The position numbers and the translations under genes are program-made. Shown piece after piece: positions 8,832 through 19,340 of a stretch of DNA of 64,000 bases. This DNA comes from Gemmatimonadales bacterium (GTDB lineage Bacteria; Gemmatimonadota; Gemmatimonadetes; Gemmatimonadales; GWC2-71-9). Position 1 is the stretch's first letter; each line of letters opens with the position of its first letter. The notes under the pieces were generated by a model that ran no database searches, was not told where the DNA came from, and saw nothing but the letters and a program-made list of their open reading frames with translations. The stretch covers positions 32,001-96,000 of the forward strand of contig JBBQFH010000003.1 of NCBI GenBank assembly GCA_038321865.1. The letters run 5' to 3'.

Positions 8832-11591
8832 ATGCGCCTGCCCAGTCCGCTGCTCGCGATCGCCATTGCGATCATCGCCACATCGCTCGCGCCACGCGCG
8901 CTGTCTGCCCAGGGGTCCGGCCGCCTCATCGGCCGGGTGGTGGACGCGGATCGGGGCGCGCCCATCGCCGGCGCGCAGGTGGATGTCGTCGGCGGCGCGA
9001 CCACCGCGACGGCGGCGGATGGCCGGTATGAATTTCAGGCCGTCCCTGCCGGAACGGCGTCGGTCCGCGTCCGCATGATCGGGTTTTCGCCGAAGGTGGT
9101 CACCGGGATCGAGATCGCGGCGGGCCGCACGGCGGTTCAGGATATCGCGCTCGCGGCCTCCGCGGTGCAGCTGACCGAGGTCGTCGTGACGTCCGCGGCG
9201 GAGCGAGGGTCGGTGGCGCGCGCGATCGACGAGCAGCGCACCGCCTCGGCGATCGTCAACACGGTGAGCGCGGAGCAGATCGCCCGCAGCCCCGACGCGG
9301 ATGCGGCGCAGGCGGTGCAGCGGGTGAGCGGAGTAACGGTGCAGGATGGGCGGTACGTGCTGGTGCGTGGCCTGGGCGAACGCTACACGACCACCTCGCT
9401 GAACGGGTCGCGCATCCCGAGTCCGGAACCCGAGCGCAAGGTGGTTCCGCTCGACCTCTTTCCTTCGGCGCTGCTCGAGGGGATCACGACCTCCAAGACG
9501 TTCACGGTCGACCAGCCCGGAGACTTCAGCGGCGCGCGGGTGGACCTGAAGACGCGCGACTTCCCGACCGGCCGGGCGATTACGATCTCCAGCTCCGCCG
9601 GATTCAACACGGCGGCGACCGGTGCGGAGGTGGTCAAGGCGCCCACGACGGGCGGCGAGTGGCTGGGCCTCTCGTCTTCCAGCAGGCAGCTGCCGCAGAT
9701 CGTCCGCGATGCCGGCGACTTCAGCACCGTCACCGACGCGCAGCAGAACCAGATCGCCGGCTCGTTCCGGAACGCGTGGAATGCCCACCAGGGCAGGGGC
9801 GCGCCGAACGGATCGGCGGGATTATCGGTCGGCGGGCAGGGGTCGTTCCTGGGGAGGGAGCTGGGCTACATCGGCTCGCTTTCCTATTCGACCGCCCAGG
9901 AAGTGCACAAGGATGAGACCAAGGGTCTCGCGACCAACGGCCCGACGCCTGGTACCGCGCTCCCTTTCAATACATATACTGGCTCGAGTGCCCGCAGCAG
10001 CGTGCTCTGGGGCAGCCTGTTCAATCTGAGCACCCGGCTGGGAACCGGCAGCAAGCTCGCCCTCTCCACGACGTACACACGGACGGCCGACAACGACGCG
10101 AGCGATCTTCGCGGTACCAACGAGGAGTTCGCCAGGGACTTCGCGTTCACCCGGCTCACGTACACGGTCCGTAGCGCCCTCTCTTCACAGCTCCACGGCG
10201 AGCATGCGTTGTTCAATGGGCACCGCTTCGACTGGCAGGCGGGCTATGCGCGTGTCACGCGGGACGAACCGGATCGCTCGGATCTCGGCTACATCGCTGA
10301 GACCGATCCGGCGACCGGCCTGCTCGCTCCGGTCGCGTGGTTCGGACAGGCGCGGTTCGCGACCCGCACATTCAGCGCGCTCAGCGAGCATAGCTGGGAG
10401 CTTGGCGGGAGTTATCGTCTCCCGTTCGGCCGAGGGGACGGAGCGCCGGCGCTGAAGGCCGGCGGGCAGCTCCGGACGGTCGGCCGGAACTCGGACACGC
10501 GGGCGTACGACATCGTTAACCGCACGCTGAGCGACAGCGAGCTGCAGCAGGGCGCGGAGACGATCTTCGACGGGGCCTATGCGGCGGCCGGGCGGCTGCT
10601 GGTCCGGCCAAATGCCAATGCCGGGCGCTATACGGCCGATGACAAGGTCGCTGCGGGGTACGCCCAGGTGGAGCTTCCGCTGCTCGACCGCTCGATCACT
10701 GTGACCGCGGGCGCTCGCGTCGAGCGCTGGGCGCTCGATCTCGAGTCGGTCACGTCTGCCGGGACCGTGGTGCCGGTCCGCCGCCGGGTGACCGACCTGC
10801 TGCCGGCCGCCTCGGTCACCGTTCGGCTGACTCCGTCGCAGAATCTCCGCTTCGCCGCCAGCCAGACGCTGTCGCGCCCCGAATACCGCGAGCTCTCCCC
10901 GGTTCCGTATTTCGAGGGCGTGGGCCTCCTCACGACCTTCGGCAATCCCGATCTCCGGCGCGCGCTGATCCAGAATTACGACGTTCGGTGGGAGTGGTAT
11001 CCGCGCGGCGGCGAGGTGATCAGCCTGGGCGCCTTTGCCAAGCGGTTCACCGGCCCGATCGAAAAGGTGATCGTGCCGCAGGCGGGAGCATCCGCTCTAG
11101 GCTTCGTGAACGCGACCACCGCTCGCAACTTCGGGTTGGAGCTCGAGTTCCGGAAAGGGCTCGACATGCTCCTTCCGGCGCTGGCGCCGGTGGAGCTGTT
11201 CGTGAACGCCACGCTGATGCGGAGCCGCATCCAGCCGGGAAGCGCCGTGCTCACCAATGCCGACCGGCCGATGGTCGGCCAGTCTCCCTACGTCATCAAT
11301 CTCGGTCTGAGCTACCTGAGCGGATCGGGCCGGTGGAGCGCCACGGCGCTCTACAACGTGAGCGGCCGCCGGATCCTCGAGGCCGGGGCCGGTGGGCTGC
11401 CCGACTCGTACGAAGCGGCGCGCCACCTGCTCGACCTGTCGCTGCAGGCGCCCGTCGTGAGTGGCCTCTCCGTCAAGTTCGACGCCAAGAATCTGCTGGA
11501 CGCGCCATACCGCCTCACCCAGGGCGATGTGCTGCGCGAACGCTATACCGCCGGCCGCGTATTCAGCGCCGGATTCACGTGGCGCCCGTGA
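8832..11591 (+). CDS. TonB-dependent receptor with N-terminal carboxypeptidase-regulatory-like domain
   Basis: Plug motif VRGLGERY and VVPLDLFPS, beta-barrel, GNPDL; signal peptide. Confidence 0.9.
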   Translation: MRLPSPLLAIAIAIIATSLAPRALSAQGSGRLIGRVVDADRGAPIAGAQVDVVGGATTATAADGRYEFQAVPAGTASVRVRMIGFSPKVVTGIEIAAGRTAVQDIALAASAVQLTEVVVTSAAERGSVARAIDEQRTASAIVNTVSAEQIARSPDADAAQAVQRVSGVTVQDGRYVLVRGLGERYTTTSLNGSRIPSPEPERKVVPLDLFPSALLEGITTSKTFTVDQPGDFSGARVDLKTRDFPTGRAITISSSAGFNTAATGAEVVKAPTTGGEWLGLSSSSRQLPQIVRDAGDFSTVTDAQQNQIAGSFRNAWNAHQGRGAPNGSAGLSVGGQGSFLGRELGYIGSLSYSTAQEVHKDETKGLATNGPTPGTALPFNTYTGSSARSSVLWGSLFNLSTRLGTGSKLALSTTYTRTADNDASDLRGTNEEFARDFAFTRLTYTVRSALSSQLHGEHALFNGHRFDWQAGYARVTRDEPDRSDLGYIAETDPATGLLAPVAWFGQARFATRTFSALSEHSWELGGSYRLPFGRGDGAPALKAGGQLRTVGRNSDTRAYDIVNRTLSDSELQQGAETIFDGAYAAAGRLLVRPNANAGRYTADDKVAAGYAQVELPLLDRSITVTAGARVERWALDLESVTSAGTVVPVRRRVTDLLPAASVTVRLTPSQNLRFAASQTLSRPEYRELSPVPYFEGVGLLTTFGNPDLRRALIQNYDVRWEWYPRGGEVISLGAFAKRFTGPIEKVIVPQAGASALGFVNATTARNFGLELEFRKGLDMLLPALAPVELFVNATLMRSRIQPGSAVLTNADRPMVGQSPYVINLGLSYLSGSGRWSATALYNVSGRRILEAGAGGLPDSYEAARHLLDLSLQAPVVSGLSVKFDAKNLLDAPYRLTQGDVLRERYTAGRVFSAGFTWRP

Positions 11592-11635
11592 GACCGCTGT
11601 CACCGAACGCGAACTTCATCCTCCTGAGGGAATCA

Positions 11636-13375
11636 ATGACCCTGTTTCCTGCGACCAAGCGACTGGCTCTTCTGTCCCTCGCGCTCCTGAGCGCCGAGGC
11701 GGCGGGGTGCAGCAGCGACACCGGCAACGGGCCCAGCCCGCTTGCCGCCCCGACGAACGTCACGGTGACCCAGAACTCGCTGACGTCGGTCACGGTCTCC
11801 TGGACCGCCGCGACGGGGGCGACCAGCTACCTCGTCCAGCGCGCGCCGGATGCGGCGCCGACGGCCTTCGTTCAAGTGGGCAGCGGGCTCGTGGCCGCGA
11901 CGAGCATCCAGGACGTCGTCACTTCGGGTGTGACCAACCACTATCGAGTCGGATCGGTGGCCGGCGCCGACACGGTGTTCGCCACCGCCGTGTCATTCGC
12001 GACGGGCGTGAGGGCGGCGACCATCGCCGCCAACGTCGCCGCGAACCGCACCCTCTTTGCCGACACGCTGTACACCCTCAAGGGCTACATCAAGGTGCAG
12101 CCCGGAATCACCCTCACGGTTCAGCCGGGAACGAAGATCGTGGGTGACACGCTGACGGCCGGCAGCTCGCTCTGGATCCTCCGGGGAGCCAAGATCGACG
12201 CGCAGGGCACCGCGGCGTCCCCGATCGTCTTCACGTCCGCGCGCACGGTCGGCAATCGCAAGCCGGGCGACTGGGGCGGGCTCATCATCATCGGCAACGG
12301 CATCATCAACCGTACCGGTGGGTCGATCCTGACAGAAGGCGGTGCGGCGGGCGCGGCCGAGAACTACGCGGGCGGGACAAACAATGCGGACAACAGCGGC
12401 ACGCTCCGCTATGTCCGGATCGAGTTCGCGGGCTACGACATCTCGAACGGCGCCGGCCAGGAGCTCAATTCGCTCTCGAGCTACGCGGTCGGCAGCGGCA
12501 CGAAGTACGAGTTCATCCAGACGATGAGCGGTCTCGACGACTCATTCGAGTACTGGGGCGGCGCCGTGGACGGACGATACCTGATCTCGTACGAATCGGG
12601 TGACGATCACTTCGACTGGACCGAGGGCTACGTCGGCCGCAACCAGTTCCTCATCGCCCTGCAGACGCAGAAGCTCACGCCGGCCGCGGGAGCCGGGGTC
12701 TTCTCCAGCGATCCGCGCGGGTTCGAGGGCGATGGATGCGATCCGGCGGTGACGGGCTGCACCGTGGTCAACGCAGCACCCGGCGCCGGCACGAGCACTC
12801 CGTACTCGATGCCGGTGTGGGCCAATTTCACGGTGATCGGCCCGGGTCAGCTTGGCGGCTTCCCGACCGACGGCAACGGTGCCGTGCTCCGCCGGGGCAC
12901 GGGCGGCACGCTATTCAACGGCATTCTCGCACGCTGGCCCGGCGTCGGCCTGCAGATGCGCGATGCGTTCACCGACTCGCTTCGCCTGCGCGACTCGCTC
13001 AACATCGCGAACATCGTCCTGGCGGAAAATGGTCCGATCGCGACCCCGACCAACTACGACGCGAACGGGCAGGATACCGACCCGGCGCTCAGCGAGGCCA
13101 GCCGCCGCTTTGCGCAGGCCCCGAAGTTCGCGGCGTCCGGGCACCGGATCGGTACCGCCGCTGCGGCCTTGATCGCCAGCTTGAACCCGGCGGCGCTCGA
13201 CTGGACCCCCGCCGGCGTGGCCACCTCCGGGGGCAGCGCCGTCGTGCCCACGCGGCTCGGCGGGCGGGTCGCCGGATTCTTCGGGGGCACGTTCGTGAAC
13301 ACGAGCTACGTCGGGGCCGCGGATCCCGCGGGTCCAAAGTGGTGGCAGGGGTGGACCATCTACGCGATCAACTGA
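11636..13375 (+). CDS. Lipoprotein with FN3-like and beta-helix-like domains
   Basis: Lipobox AAGC; PIVFTS, GDWGG, DNSGTLRYVRIEFAG, DDSFEYWGG motifs. Confidence 0.8.
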   Translation: MTLFPATKRLALLSLALLSAEAAGCSSDTGNGPSPLAAPTNVTVTQNSLTSVTVSWTAATGATSYLVQRAPDAAPTAFVQVGSGLVAATSIQDVVTSGVTNHYRVGSVAGADTVFATAVSFATGVRAATIAANVAANRTLFADTLYTLKGYIKVQPGITLTVQPGTKIVGDTLTAGSSLWILRGAKIDAQGTAASPIVFTSARTVGNRKPGDWGGLIIIGNGIINRTGGSILTEGGAAGAAENYAGGTNNADNSGTLRYVRIEFAGYDISNGAGQELNSLSSYAVGSGTKYEFIQTMSGLDDSFEYWGGAVDGRYLISYESGDDHFDWTEGYVGRNQFLIALQTQKLTPAAGAGVFSSDPRGFEGDGCDPAVTGCTVVNAAPGAGTSTPYSMPVWANFTVIGPGQLGGFPTDGNGAVLRRGTGGTLFNGILARWPGVGLQMRDAFTDSLRLRDSLNIANIVLAENGPIATPTNYDANGQDTDPALSEASRRFAQAPKFAASGHRIGTAAAALIASLNPAALDWTPAGVATSGGSAVVPTRLGGRVAGFFGGTFVNTSYVGAADPAGPKWWQGWTIYAIN

Positions 13376-13433
13376 TCGCACTAACGGAGACCGGCCGGCG
13401 TCGATCTGGCGCCGGCTGCGTCGCATTCGATGG

Positions 13434-14036
13434 ATGACTGAGATGAAGCGCGCCGCCTGGGCCCTGCTCATCCTGACTGCCGGCTGCCGCGGCGCCGGGC
13501 ACCAGCCACGTGTCGAGGCCGGCGCTACGGCGACCGCCACGGTGGCCTCAGCTCGCCTCGACGATCTGGCCAAGTTTCGTGCGGGTTTGCATCCGACCGA
13601 TACCCTCTCAAACGGCGAGCCGACGCGCGACGCCCTGGTCCGCCGGTTCGTGACGGCGGTCGCGGCCGGCGATACACTCGGCCTCCGCCGGCTGGCGCTC
13701 AGCCGCGCCGAGTTCGCCTACGTGTACTATCCGTCGAACCCGCAGGGCTTTCCGCCCTACGATCTGCACGCGAGTCTGATGTGGTTCATGCTGTCACGGC
13801 GGGGTGAGGTGGGCGCGCAGCGGCTGCTCACGGCGCGAGCCGGCCATCCGCTGCGCTTCATCTCGAGCGCGTGCGATTCAATTCCCAGCCGTGAAGGCGA
13901 GAACACCGTCTGGGGGCCCTGCGCGGTGCGGTACGCGCGCGAGCGAGGCGACACGGTCTCGGAACGGCTGTTCGGCCTGATTGTCGAGCGGCGCGGGCGC
14001 TACAAGTTTTTGAGCTATGCGAACAAGCTGGATTGA
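13434..14036 (+). CDS. Hypothetical lipoprotein
   Basis: LTAGC lipobox; follows the receptor-lipoprotein pair. Confidence 0.7.
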   Translation: MTEMKRAAWALLILTAGCRGAGHQPRVEAGATATATVASARLDDLAKFRAGLHPTDTLSNGEPTRDALVRRFVTAVAAGDTLGLRRLALSRAEFAYVYYPSNPQGFPPYDLHASLMWFMLSRRGEVGAQRLLTARAGHPLRFISSACDSIPSREGENTVWGPCAVRYARERGDTVSERLFGLIVERRGRYKFLSYANKLD

Positions 14037-14065
14037 CGCTAACGTGGCGAACGGGAGAATACCGA

Positions 14066-14269
14066 ATGTCGACTAGACCAATCGGTGTCGCGCGCATCGG
14101 ACAGGGCAAGAAGGCACGCGCGGTGGTGATCTGTGAGGACGGGTCGGGATACGTCTATTCGCATCGTGATTACGAGTGGACGGCCATACCGCCAGTTCCA
14201 GGAAGCAGAGCCGCCAGCGAGGTGCGGGAGAGCGATGGCACTTCAACTGCCACTGGCGGACCGCTCTGA
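14066..14269 (+). CDS. Small hypothetical protein
   Basis: GGAG RBS before ATG; protein-like composition (VVICEDGSGY, PPVPGS). Confidence 0.55.
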   Translation: MSTRPIGVARIGQGKKARAVVICEDGSGYVYSHRDYEWTAIPPVPGSRAASEVRESDGTSTATGGPL

Positions 14270-14687
14270 GCAGCGGGTGCCCGGAACGTGAGAAGCGTGA
14301 TGCCGGCAAGGTGGAGGATGCGAGTGTAACAACCTGGCCGCCGGGTCTGGCGGCATCCGCCTGGCGCATGCACTTTCGGCGGTCTCGCGGAGTCACCTTG
14401 GCTACGAGGAGCGATCACGTGTTGCGCCGCGGAAGATTATCTCACGAAGGCGGGCCGGTGGTGGCGAATGCCTGGATCGCGCTGGCCGTGTCGCGACACG
14501 GCGGCGCCACATGGTCGGCTGTGGTGCGTGTCCCCGCCACCGCGCGGCTCGCCATTGGAGACCGCATCATGCTCGAGTTCGACGATGGGGAGCATCGAGG
14601 CGGGGCGATCGCCCTCACGCGGCGCGACCGGTCGGAGCAGATGGTGATGATCGAGAGTGGAGCGGCCGAACACCCGTACGGTATCGA

Positions 14688-14816
14688 TCGAATGAGCGCC
14701 GCCACGCGCAACGCGAGTTCCGGCGGGGAGATCGGCTTGATGAGATAGTCGTCGGCACCGAGTGGAATACCCTCGATGCGGTCGGCCTCGTCCCGCCGGG
14801 ACGTGAGCAGGATGAC
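14688..14816 (-). pseudogene. Fragment of a PhoB-like receiver domain
   Basis: [43 protein letters not shown], 34/43 identical to the PhoB at 46.9 kb; no start and no DNA-binding domain. Confidence 0.8.
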
Positions 14817-14818
14817 GC

Positions 14819-14851
14819 ACGAAGCCCTCGCTCTGGCGGTGAGGGCTTCGT
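14819..14851. terminator. Hairpin terminator downstream of the sialidase-like gene
   Basis: ACGAAGCCCTC / GAGGGCTTCGT stem. Confidence 0.6.
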
Positions 14852-14875
14852 CGTTCCGGGAAAGGGCAAGTCGTG

Positions 14876-16348
14876 TTAGGGCGTTGCGCCGGCGAAGAAG
14901 ATCTCCAGGTTGGTTTCCAGTGCGCCGGTCTTCGGGCCGACCCCGGTCCACGTCATGAGAGCCCGGTCCGGGAGCGACACGAGCCCGTTGTAGTCCCCGA
15001 TGAACGGCCGGATGCCGCTGCCGCTGGGCACGCCGTAGAGCGACGGGTCGAAGCCGGCGGTGCTGATGCGCTGCGTCTGCCAGGTGGCTCCGCCATCGCT
15101 GCTCGAGGCCAAGGTGACGTCCACCAGCGTATTGCCGGAGTAGCTCCGGTCGTAGAAGGCCAGATCGAGCCGGCCGCCGCTGGAGATGCCCAGCTCGCCC
15201 TCGAAGCGGTCGCCCGTGCCGGCGAGCGGCGGCAGCATCGTCCAGCTCGACAGGTTGACTGGCTGCCCAGCGGCCGGCGCCGCGGCGTACGCGAGGTACA
15301 CCTTGGCTCGGCCGTCGGCGGCGATGTCGTCCCAGGTGACGTAGAGCCGGTTTCGAGTGGCGTCGAAGGCCGGGACCGGGTACGAGCCGCCCGCGCGGAA
15401 CGGTCCGCCGCTCAGGTTGAAGCAGGAGGGCGGGAAGGCGCAGACCGGGTTGTTGAAGGTCGCCACCTGCGCCGGCGTGCTCCAGCTGGTGCCGCCATCG
15501 CCGGAGCGCGAGGCGTAGATGACGGTGCCCTTGCCGCCCTGGACGCCGGTATCGAACGTGAGGTAGAGGGTGCCGTCCGGCCCGCTCACGATGCGGGCGT
15601 CCTGGTTGTTGCGGACGGGGCCCTGGGTGACGCGGACCGGGGGGGCGAAGCTGTGTCCGCCGTCGCGCGAGACGGCAACGAGCACCGGCGAGTGCGAGCT
15701 GTTGCCGTTGAACTGCACCCACGACACGTAGATGAAGCCGGTGCGCTGATCCACGAAGATCGACTCGTGGTCGGCGAACTGTCCGTTGGAGCCCTTGCTC
15801 TTGCCGTTGCCCTGCCAGTTGGCGACGTGGACCAGCGGGGTGGTGCGTCCGTCGAGCCAGGTGCGTCCGCCGTCGGTAGAGCGGCTGAGCAGGAGGGCGA
15901 TTTCGGTCGGCGAGCCGAAGGTGAAGGCCTGGCAGACGAAGTAGGCGGTGCCGTCGGGGCCGAAGGCGATGGCCGGGTCACCGCCGGCGTCGTAGCTGCC
16001 GGTGCCGGCGACGGCGGGATCGTTGGTGAACTTCGTCACGCCGGGCAAAAACCCGTTGGGGAGGGTGGCCGTCCAGCTCCGGCCGCCGTCGAAGCTGGCG
16101 TTGACGGCGCAGCCGTCGTTGTAGTTCCAGTCGTTGGCGCCGGTGATGAGGTTGGCGGTATTCCGCGGGTTGGCGGCGAGCGGCGTCTCGTTCTGGGCGG
16201 TGGTGTCGTGGCTGACGTTGACCGGGCTGGTGGCCGAGCCGGCGGTGAAGCGGGCGGCGGGGGACTCGCTGGTCGGGGTATCGGAGCAGGCCAGGGCCAG
16301 CGCGGCGAGCGGCAGCAGCGCGGCGGTGCGGGGCAGTCGAAGTGGCAT
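14876..16348 (-). CDS. BNR/Asp-box (sialidase-family) lipoprotein
   Basis: Multiple SxDGGxTW Asp-boxes; LALAC lipobox. Confidence 0.85.
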   Translation of the reverse strand: MPLRLPRTAALLPLAALALACSDTPTSESPAARFTAGSATSPVNVSHDTTAQNETPLAANPRNTANLITGANDWNYNDGCAVNASFDGGRSWTATLPNGFLPGVTKFTNDPAVAGTGSYDAGGDPAIAFGPDGTAYFVCQAFTFGSPTEIALLLSRSTDGGRTWLDGRTTPLVHVANWQGNGKSKGSNGQFADHESIFVDQRTGFIYVSWVQFNGNSSHSPVLVAVSRDGGHSFAPPVRVTQGPVRNNQDARIVSGPDGTLYLTFDTGVQGGKGTVIYASRSGDGGTSWSTPAQVATFNNPVCAFPPSCFNLSGGPFRAGGSYPVPAFDATRNRLYVTWDDIAADGRAKVYLAYAAAPAAGQPVNLSSWTMLPPLAGTGDRFEGELGISSGGRLDLAFYDRSYSGNTLVDVTLASSSDGGATWQTQRISTAGFDPSLYGVPSGSGIRPFIGDYNGLVSLPDRALMTWTGVGPKTGALETNLEIFFAGATP

Positions 16349-16509
16349 CGGGGACTCACGTGGGGAGCGGTGGGAAAGCGGTGTGCGGGCGAGGGGAAAT
16401 ATGCGGGCGGTGCCATGGGTCCGCCAGCATCCGGGATCTGCCGGGAACCGAATCCGGGCGCCGGTGTTCCAGACTGGTTGAGCCGCGTTCCGTCCACTCC
16501 GGAGACCCA

Positions 16510-16887
16510 ATGAGCATGCAGGCGATCCTGGTCGTCGACGACGACAGCACGGTCCGTGGCCTGACGTCGCGCATTCTGGTGGCCGAGGGCTTTGCGGTGG
16601 TGGAGGCGACGAACGGCGCCGAGGCGATCGAGCGGGTGGTGGAGTCGGGCGAGCGGGTGCGTCTGGTGGTGAGTGACGTCATGATGCCGGTGCTGGACGG
16701 GATTGGCCTGCTGGAGCGGCTGTCGGTGTCGCATCCGGAGATCCCGGTGATCCTGATGTCGGGCTACAGCTCGACCGAGCTGCGGGCGCACGGGCTGGCG
16801 GCGCCGTGCGGGGTGCTGCAGAAGCCGTTCGCGGCCGACGAGCTGATCGGGCATGTCCGCCGGTGCCTGGCCGGGGCGCCGGTTTGA
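16510..16887 (+). CDS. Single-domain response regulator
   Basis: ILVVDDD, SDVMMP, LMSGY, QKPF. Confidence 0.9.
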   Translation: MSMQAILVVDDDSTVRGLTSRILVAEGFAVVEATNGAEAIERVVESGERVRLVVSDVMMPVLDGIGLLERLSVSHPEIPVILMSGYSSTELRAHGLAAPCGVLQKPFAADELIGHVRRCLAGAPV

Positions 16888-17067
16888 CGTAGAGCCGGGT
16901 GGGTTGAGCAGGGCAGCGTTCCGCCGTTGACGATTCGTCGTCAGCGGCGGTTTTGCGTGGGGCACGCGGCGCGTGGGCTGGCCGGGTGTGACACAAGTCT
17001 ATTCCTCGCTTCACCCTCTCTTCACGGAGTCCGTCGTAGCTTTGCGACCTACGGCTGGGAGGCCCCA

Positions 17068-17469
17068 ATGCGAGTAGCTGACCTGATGACCCGTGACGTG
17101 ATCGGGATCGACCGCGACGCGACCGTCGCCGAAGCGATCGGCCGGCTGGCCGACGAGCACGTCGGCGCCATCGCCGTCGTCACCGGACGCAACCGGCTGG
17201 TCGGCGTCATCTCGACTGCCGACGTGCTCCGCGCCGAGGCGGACACGACCGACACCGACGCGCGCGACATCCTGTTCGAGCAGACGCGCGTGGCCGAGCT
17301 GATGACCGCACGGGCGCTGACGATCGCGCCCGGGGTCGAGGCGCGGGAGGCGGCGCGCCAGATGCTCTACGCCGACGTCCACCGCCTGTTCGTGGAGGAC
17401 GCCGGGGAGCTGGTCGGCGTCATCTCCCAGTCCGACCTCGTCCGCGCGCTGGCACTGGGCAAGGTCTAG
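17068..17469 (+). CDS. CBS-domain pair protein
   Basis: MRVADLMT, LVGVISxxD twice; GGAGG RBS. Confidence 0.9.
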   Translation: MRVADLMTRDVIGIDRDATVAEAIGRLADEHVGAIAVVTGRNRLVGVISTADVLRAEADTTDTDARDILFEQTRVAELMTARALTIAPGVEAREAARQMLYADVHRLFVEDAGELVGVISQSDLVRALALGKV

Positions 17470-17852
17470 CGCCGCCGGATCCGCCAGGGAGGGTCGTATG
17501 ATCGCGGCTCTGCATCAGGCACTCGTTGGGCTGGCCGTCGTCGCCGCCCCCGCGTGACCGGCACCATCGGACGCGACATCGTGATCGTTCGCGGCCATCT
17601 CGAACTACGCAGGGGTTCTGCTTGGCGTCGCCGCGCTCGTCACGCGCGCCTGGCTCCGCCGGCGCGCGCCAGTGGAGCCCGCGCCCGTCGAGCCGGTCCC
17701 GGCGATGGCGTCGCACGATCGGAGGGGTGAAGAAGATCTCACGCGTACTTCACCCTCTCGTCATGGGCAGCGTGACATCATTGGGACGCAGCACGATCAG
17801 GCCGGGCATGCCCGCATCATAGAAGGGCCGCTCAGGCGGCAAAGGAGGGTGC

Positions 17853-18419
17853 ATGCGCACAATGTCATTTGCGGCAGCACTACTCGCGATCGGGGCGACG
17901 ACGCTTCCCGCGCAGTCACCGAGGACGCTCGAGCTCCGGCCGATGGCCGGTGCCACCATTCCGACCGGCGCGCAGCGCGACCTGTTCAAGGATGCGCCGC
18001 TGATCGGATTCGGCGTGGCCATGCAGGTCCATCCCAATCTCCATCTCGTCGGCAGCTTCGGCTGGATGCGGGAGCACACCAGGTACGCCGTCACCCAGAA
18101 TGACGCCAACCGCTATCAGTATGACGCCGGTGTGGAGCTGAGCCTCGAGCGGCCCCTGGGCGCCGCGTGGACGGTCCGCCCGTTCTTCGGCCTGGGCGCG
18201 GGCGCGCGCACGTACAATTTCCAGGCGCAGACGCTCGCCACCCGGACGTGTGCCGCCGGCTACGGCGCGCTCGGCAGCGAGTTCCGCCTTGGTGCGACGG
18301 CGCTCCGGCTGGAGGCGCGTGACAACGTCTTCTGCTACAAGTCTCCGATCATCGGCCAGGACTCGCACACCCGCAACGACCTCACATTTTCGTTTGGGGC
18401 GGCGTATCACCTCTGGTAG
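17853..18419 (+). CDS. Outer-membrane beta-barrel protein
   Basis: Signal peptide, PFFGLGAG, RLEARD, aromatic C-terminus. Confidence 0.75.
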   Translation: MRTMSFAAALLAIGATTLPAQSPRTLELRPMAGATIPTGAQRDLFKDAPLIGFGVAMQVHPNLHLVGSFGWMREHTRYAVTQNDANRYQYDAGVELSLERPLGAAWTVRPFFGLGAGARTYNFQAQTLATRTCAAGYGALGSEFRLGATALRLEARDNVFCYKSPIIGQDSHTRNDLTFSFGAAYHLW

Positions 18420-18527
18420 TTCGACCCGGGGCTGGCGTCGCGACTCAGGTCCGCGGCGCCGGCCCACGGTGGCGGCACACATGGCGGCTGCCGAACGAAT
18501 GAATGACCTGTGAAAGTCTGAGGCGTT

Positions 18528-19199
18528 ATGCGAAACGACAGCATGCTCCGCAGCGACCTTCTCGATGAGCTGAAGTGGGATCCCAGCATCCGGAACGAGG
18601 ATATCGCGATCGCGGTCAAGGATGGCGTCGTGACGCTGGCCGGTACGGTCGACACGTTCATGCAGCGCTATGCGGCCCAGCGAGCCGTCGAGCGCGTGAA
18701 TGGTGTGGCCGGGATCGCCAACGATCTCGCCGTGAAGCTTCCGGGGGCGATGGAGCGCTCCGACTCGGATATCGCGCATGCGGCGGTGAACGCGCTGCGC
18801 TGGGACGTGCAGGTCCCGGACGAGCATGTGAAGGTGAAGGTGACCCAGGGCTGGCTCACGCTCGAGGGCCAGGTCAACTTCTTCTTCCAGAAGGACGCTG
18901 CGGAGCGCGCGGTGCGTTCGCTGGCCGGAGTCAAGTCCGTCAGCAACCTGATCGCCCTGCGCCCGATCGTGACCCCGGCGGACGTGAAGACGCGGATCAC
19001 GAGCGCGTTCGGGCGCCAGGCCAAGCTGGACGCGAGCGAGATCACCGTCGAGACGATCGGATCGAGAGTGATGTTGCACGGGAGCGTACGCTCCCACGCC
19101 GAGCGGTGTGATGCCGAGCGGGCCGCGTGGAATGCACCCGGCGTCATGGTGGTCGAGAACGAGCTGTACGTCAGGTCGCTCGTCCCCGCTCTGCTCTGA
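18528..19199 (+). CDS. Triple BON domain protein (OsmY-like)
   Basis: ELKWDP, GVVTLAG, GWLTLEG, AWNAPGV repeats. Confidence 0.9.
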   Translation: MRNDSMLRSDLLDELKWDPSIRNEDIAIAVKDGVVTLAGTVDTFMQRYAAQRAVERVNGVAGIANDLAVKLPGAMERSDSDIAHAAVNALRWDVQVPDEHVKVKVTQGWLTLEGQVNFFFQKDAAERAVRSLAGVKSVSNLIALRPIVTPADVKTRITSAFGRQAKLDASEITVETIGSRVMLHGSVRSHAERCDAERAAWNAPGVMVVENELYVRSLVPALL

Positions 19200-19214
19200 G
19201 CGGCGGTTGATCTA

Positions 19215-19249
19215 CCGACGCGCCGGGCGCACGTTGCCCGGCGCGTCGG
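19215..19249. terminator. Hairpin between the BON gene and intI
   Basis: CCGACGCGCCGGGC / GCCCGGCGCGTCGG 14-bp stem. Confidence 0.55.
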
Positions 19250-19340
19250 CACGTCCGTCACCTCGATCACGCGCGGGTGTTCCGCGCCGCCGGGCGCCGA
19301 TTTGGTGGGTGCAGTGGGTATGTGTGGTGCAACGTGCGCG

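Noticed and set aside
14340..14748. 190-aa plus-strand ORF
   Set aside because: No recognisable motif, uncertain start, and its 3' end overlaps the phoB relic
17498..17750. RBS-led ORF MIAALHQALVGLAVVAAPA
   Set aside because: Stops after 19 codons; could be a decayed membrane gene but cannot be supported
19250..19340. LexA box upstream of intI
   Set aside because: No CTGT-N8-ACAG or GAAC-N4-GTTC match seen; the motif for this lineage is unknown to me, so no call is made
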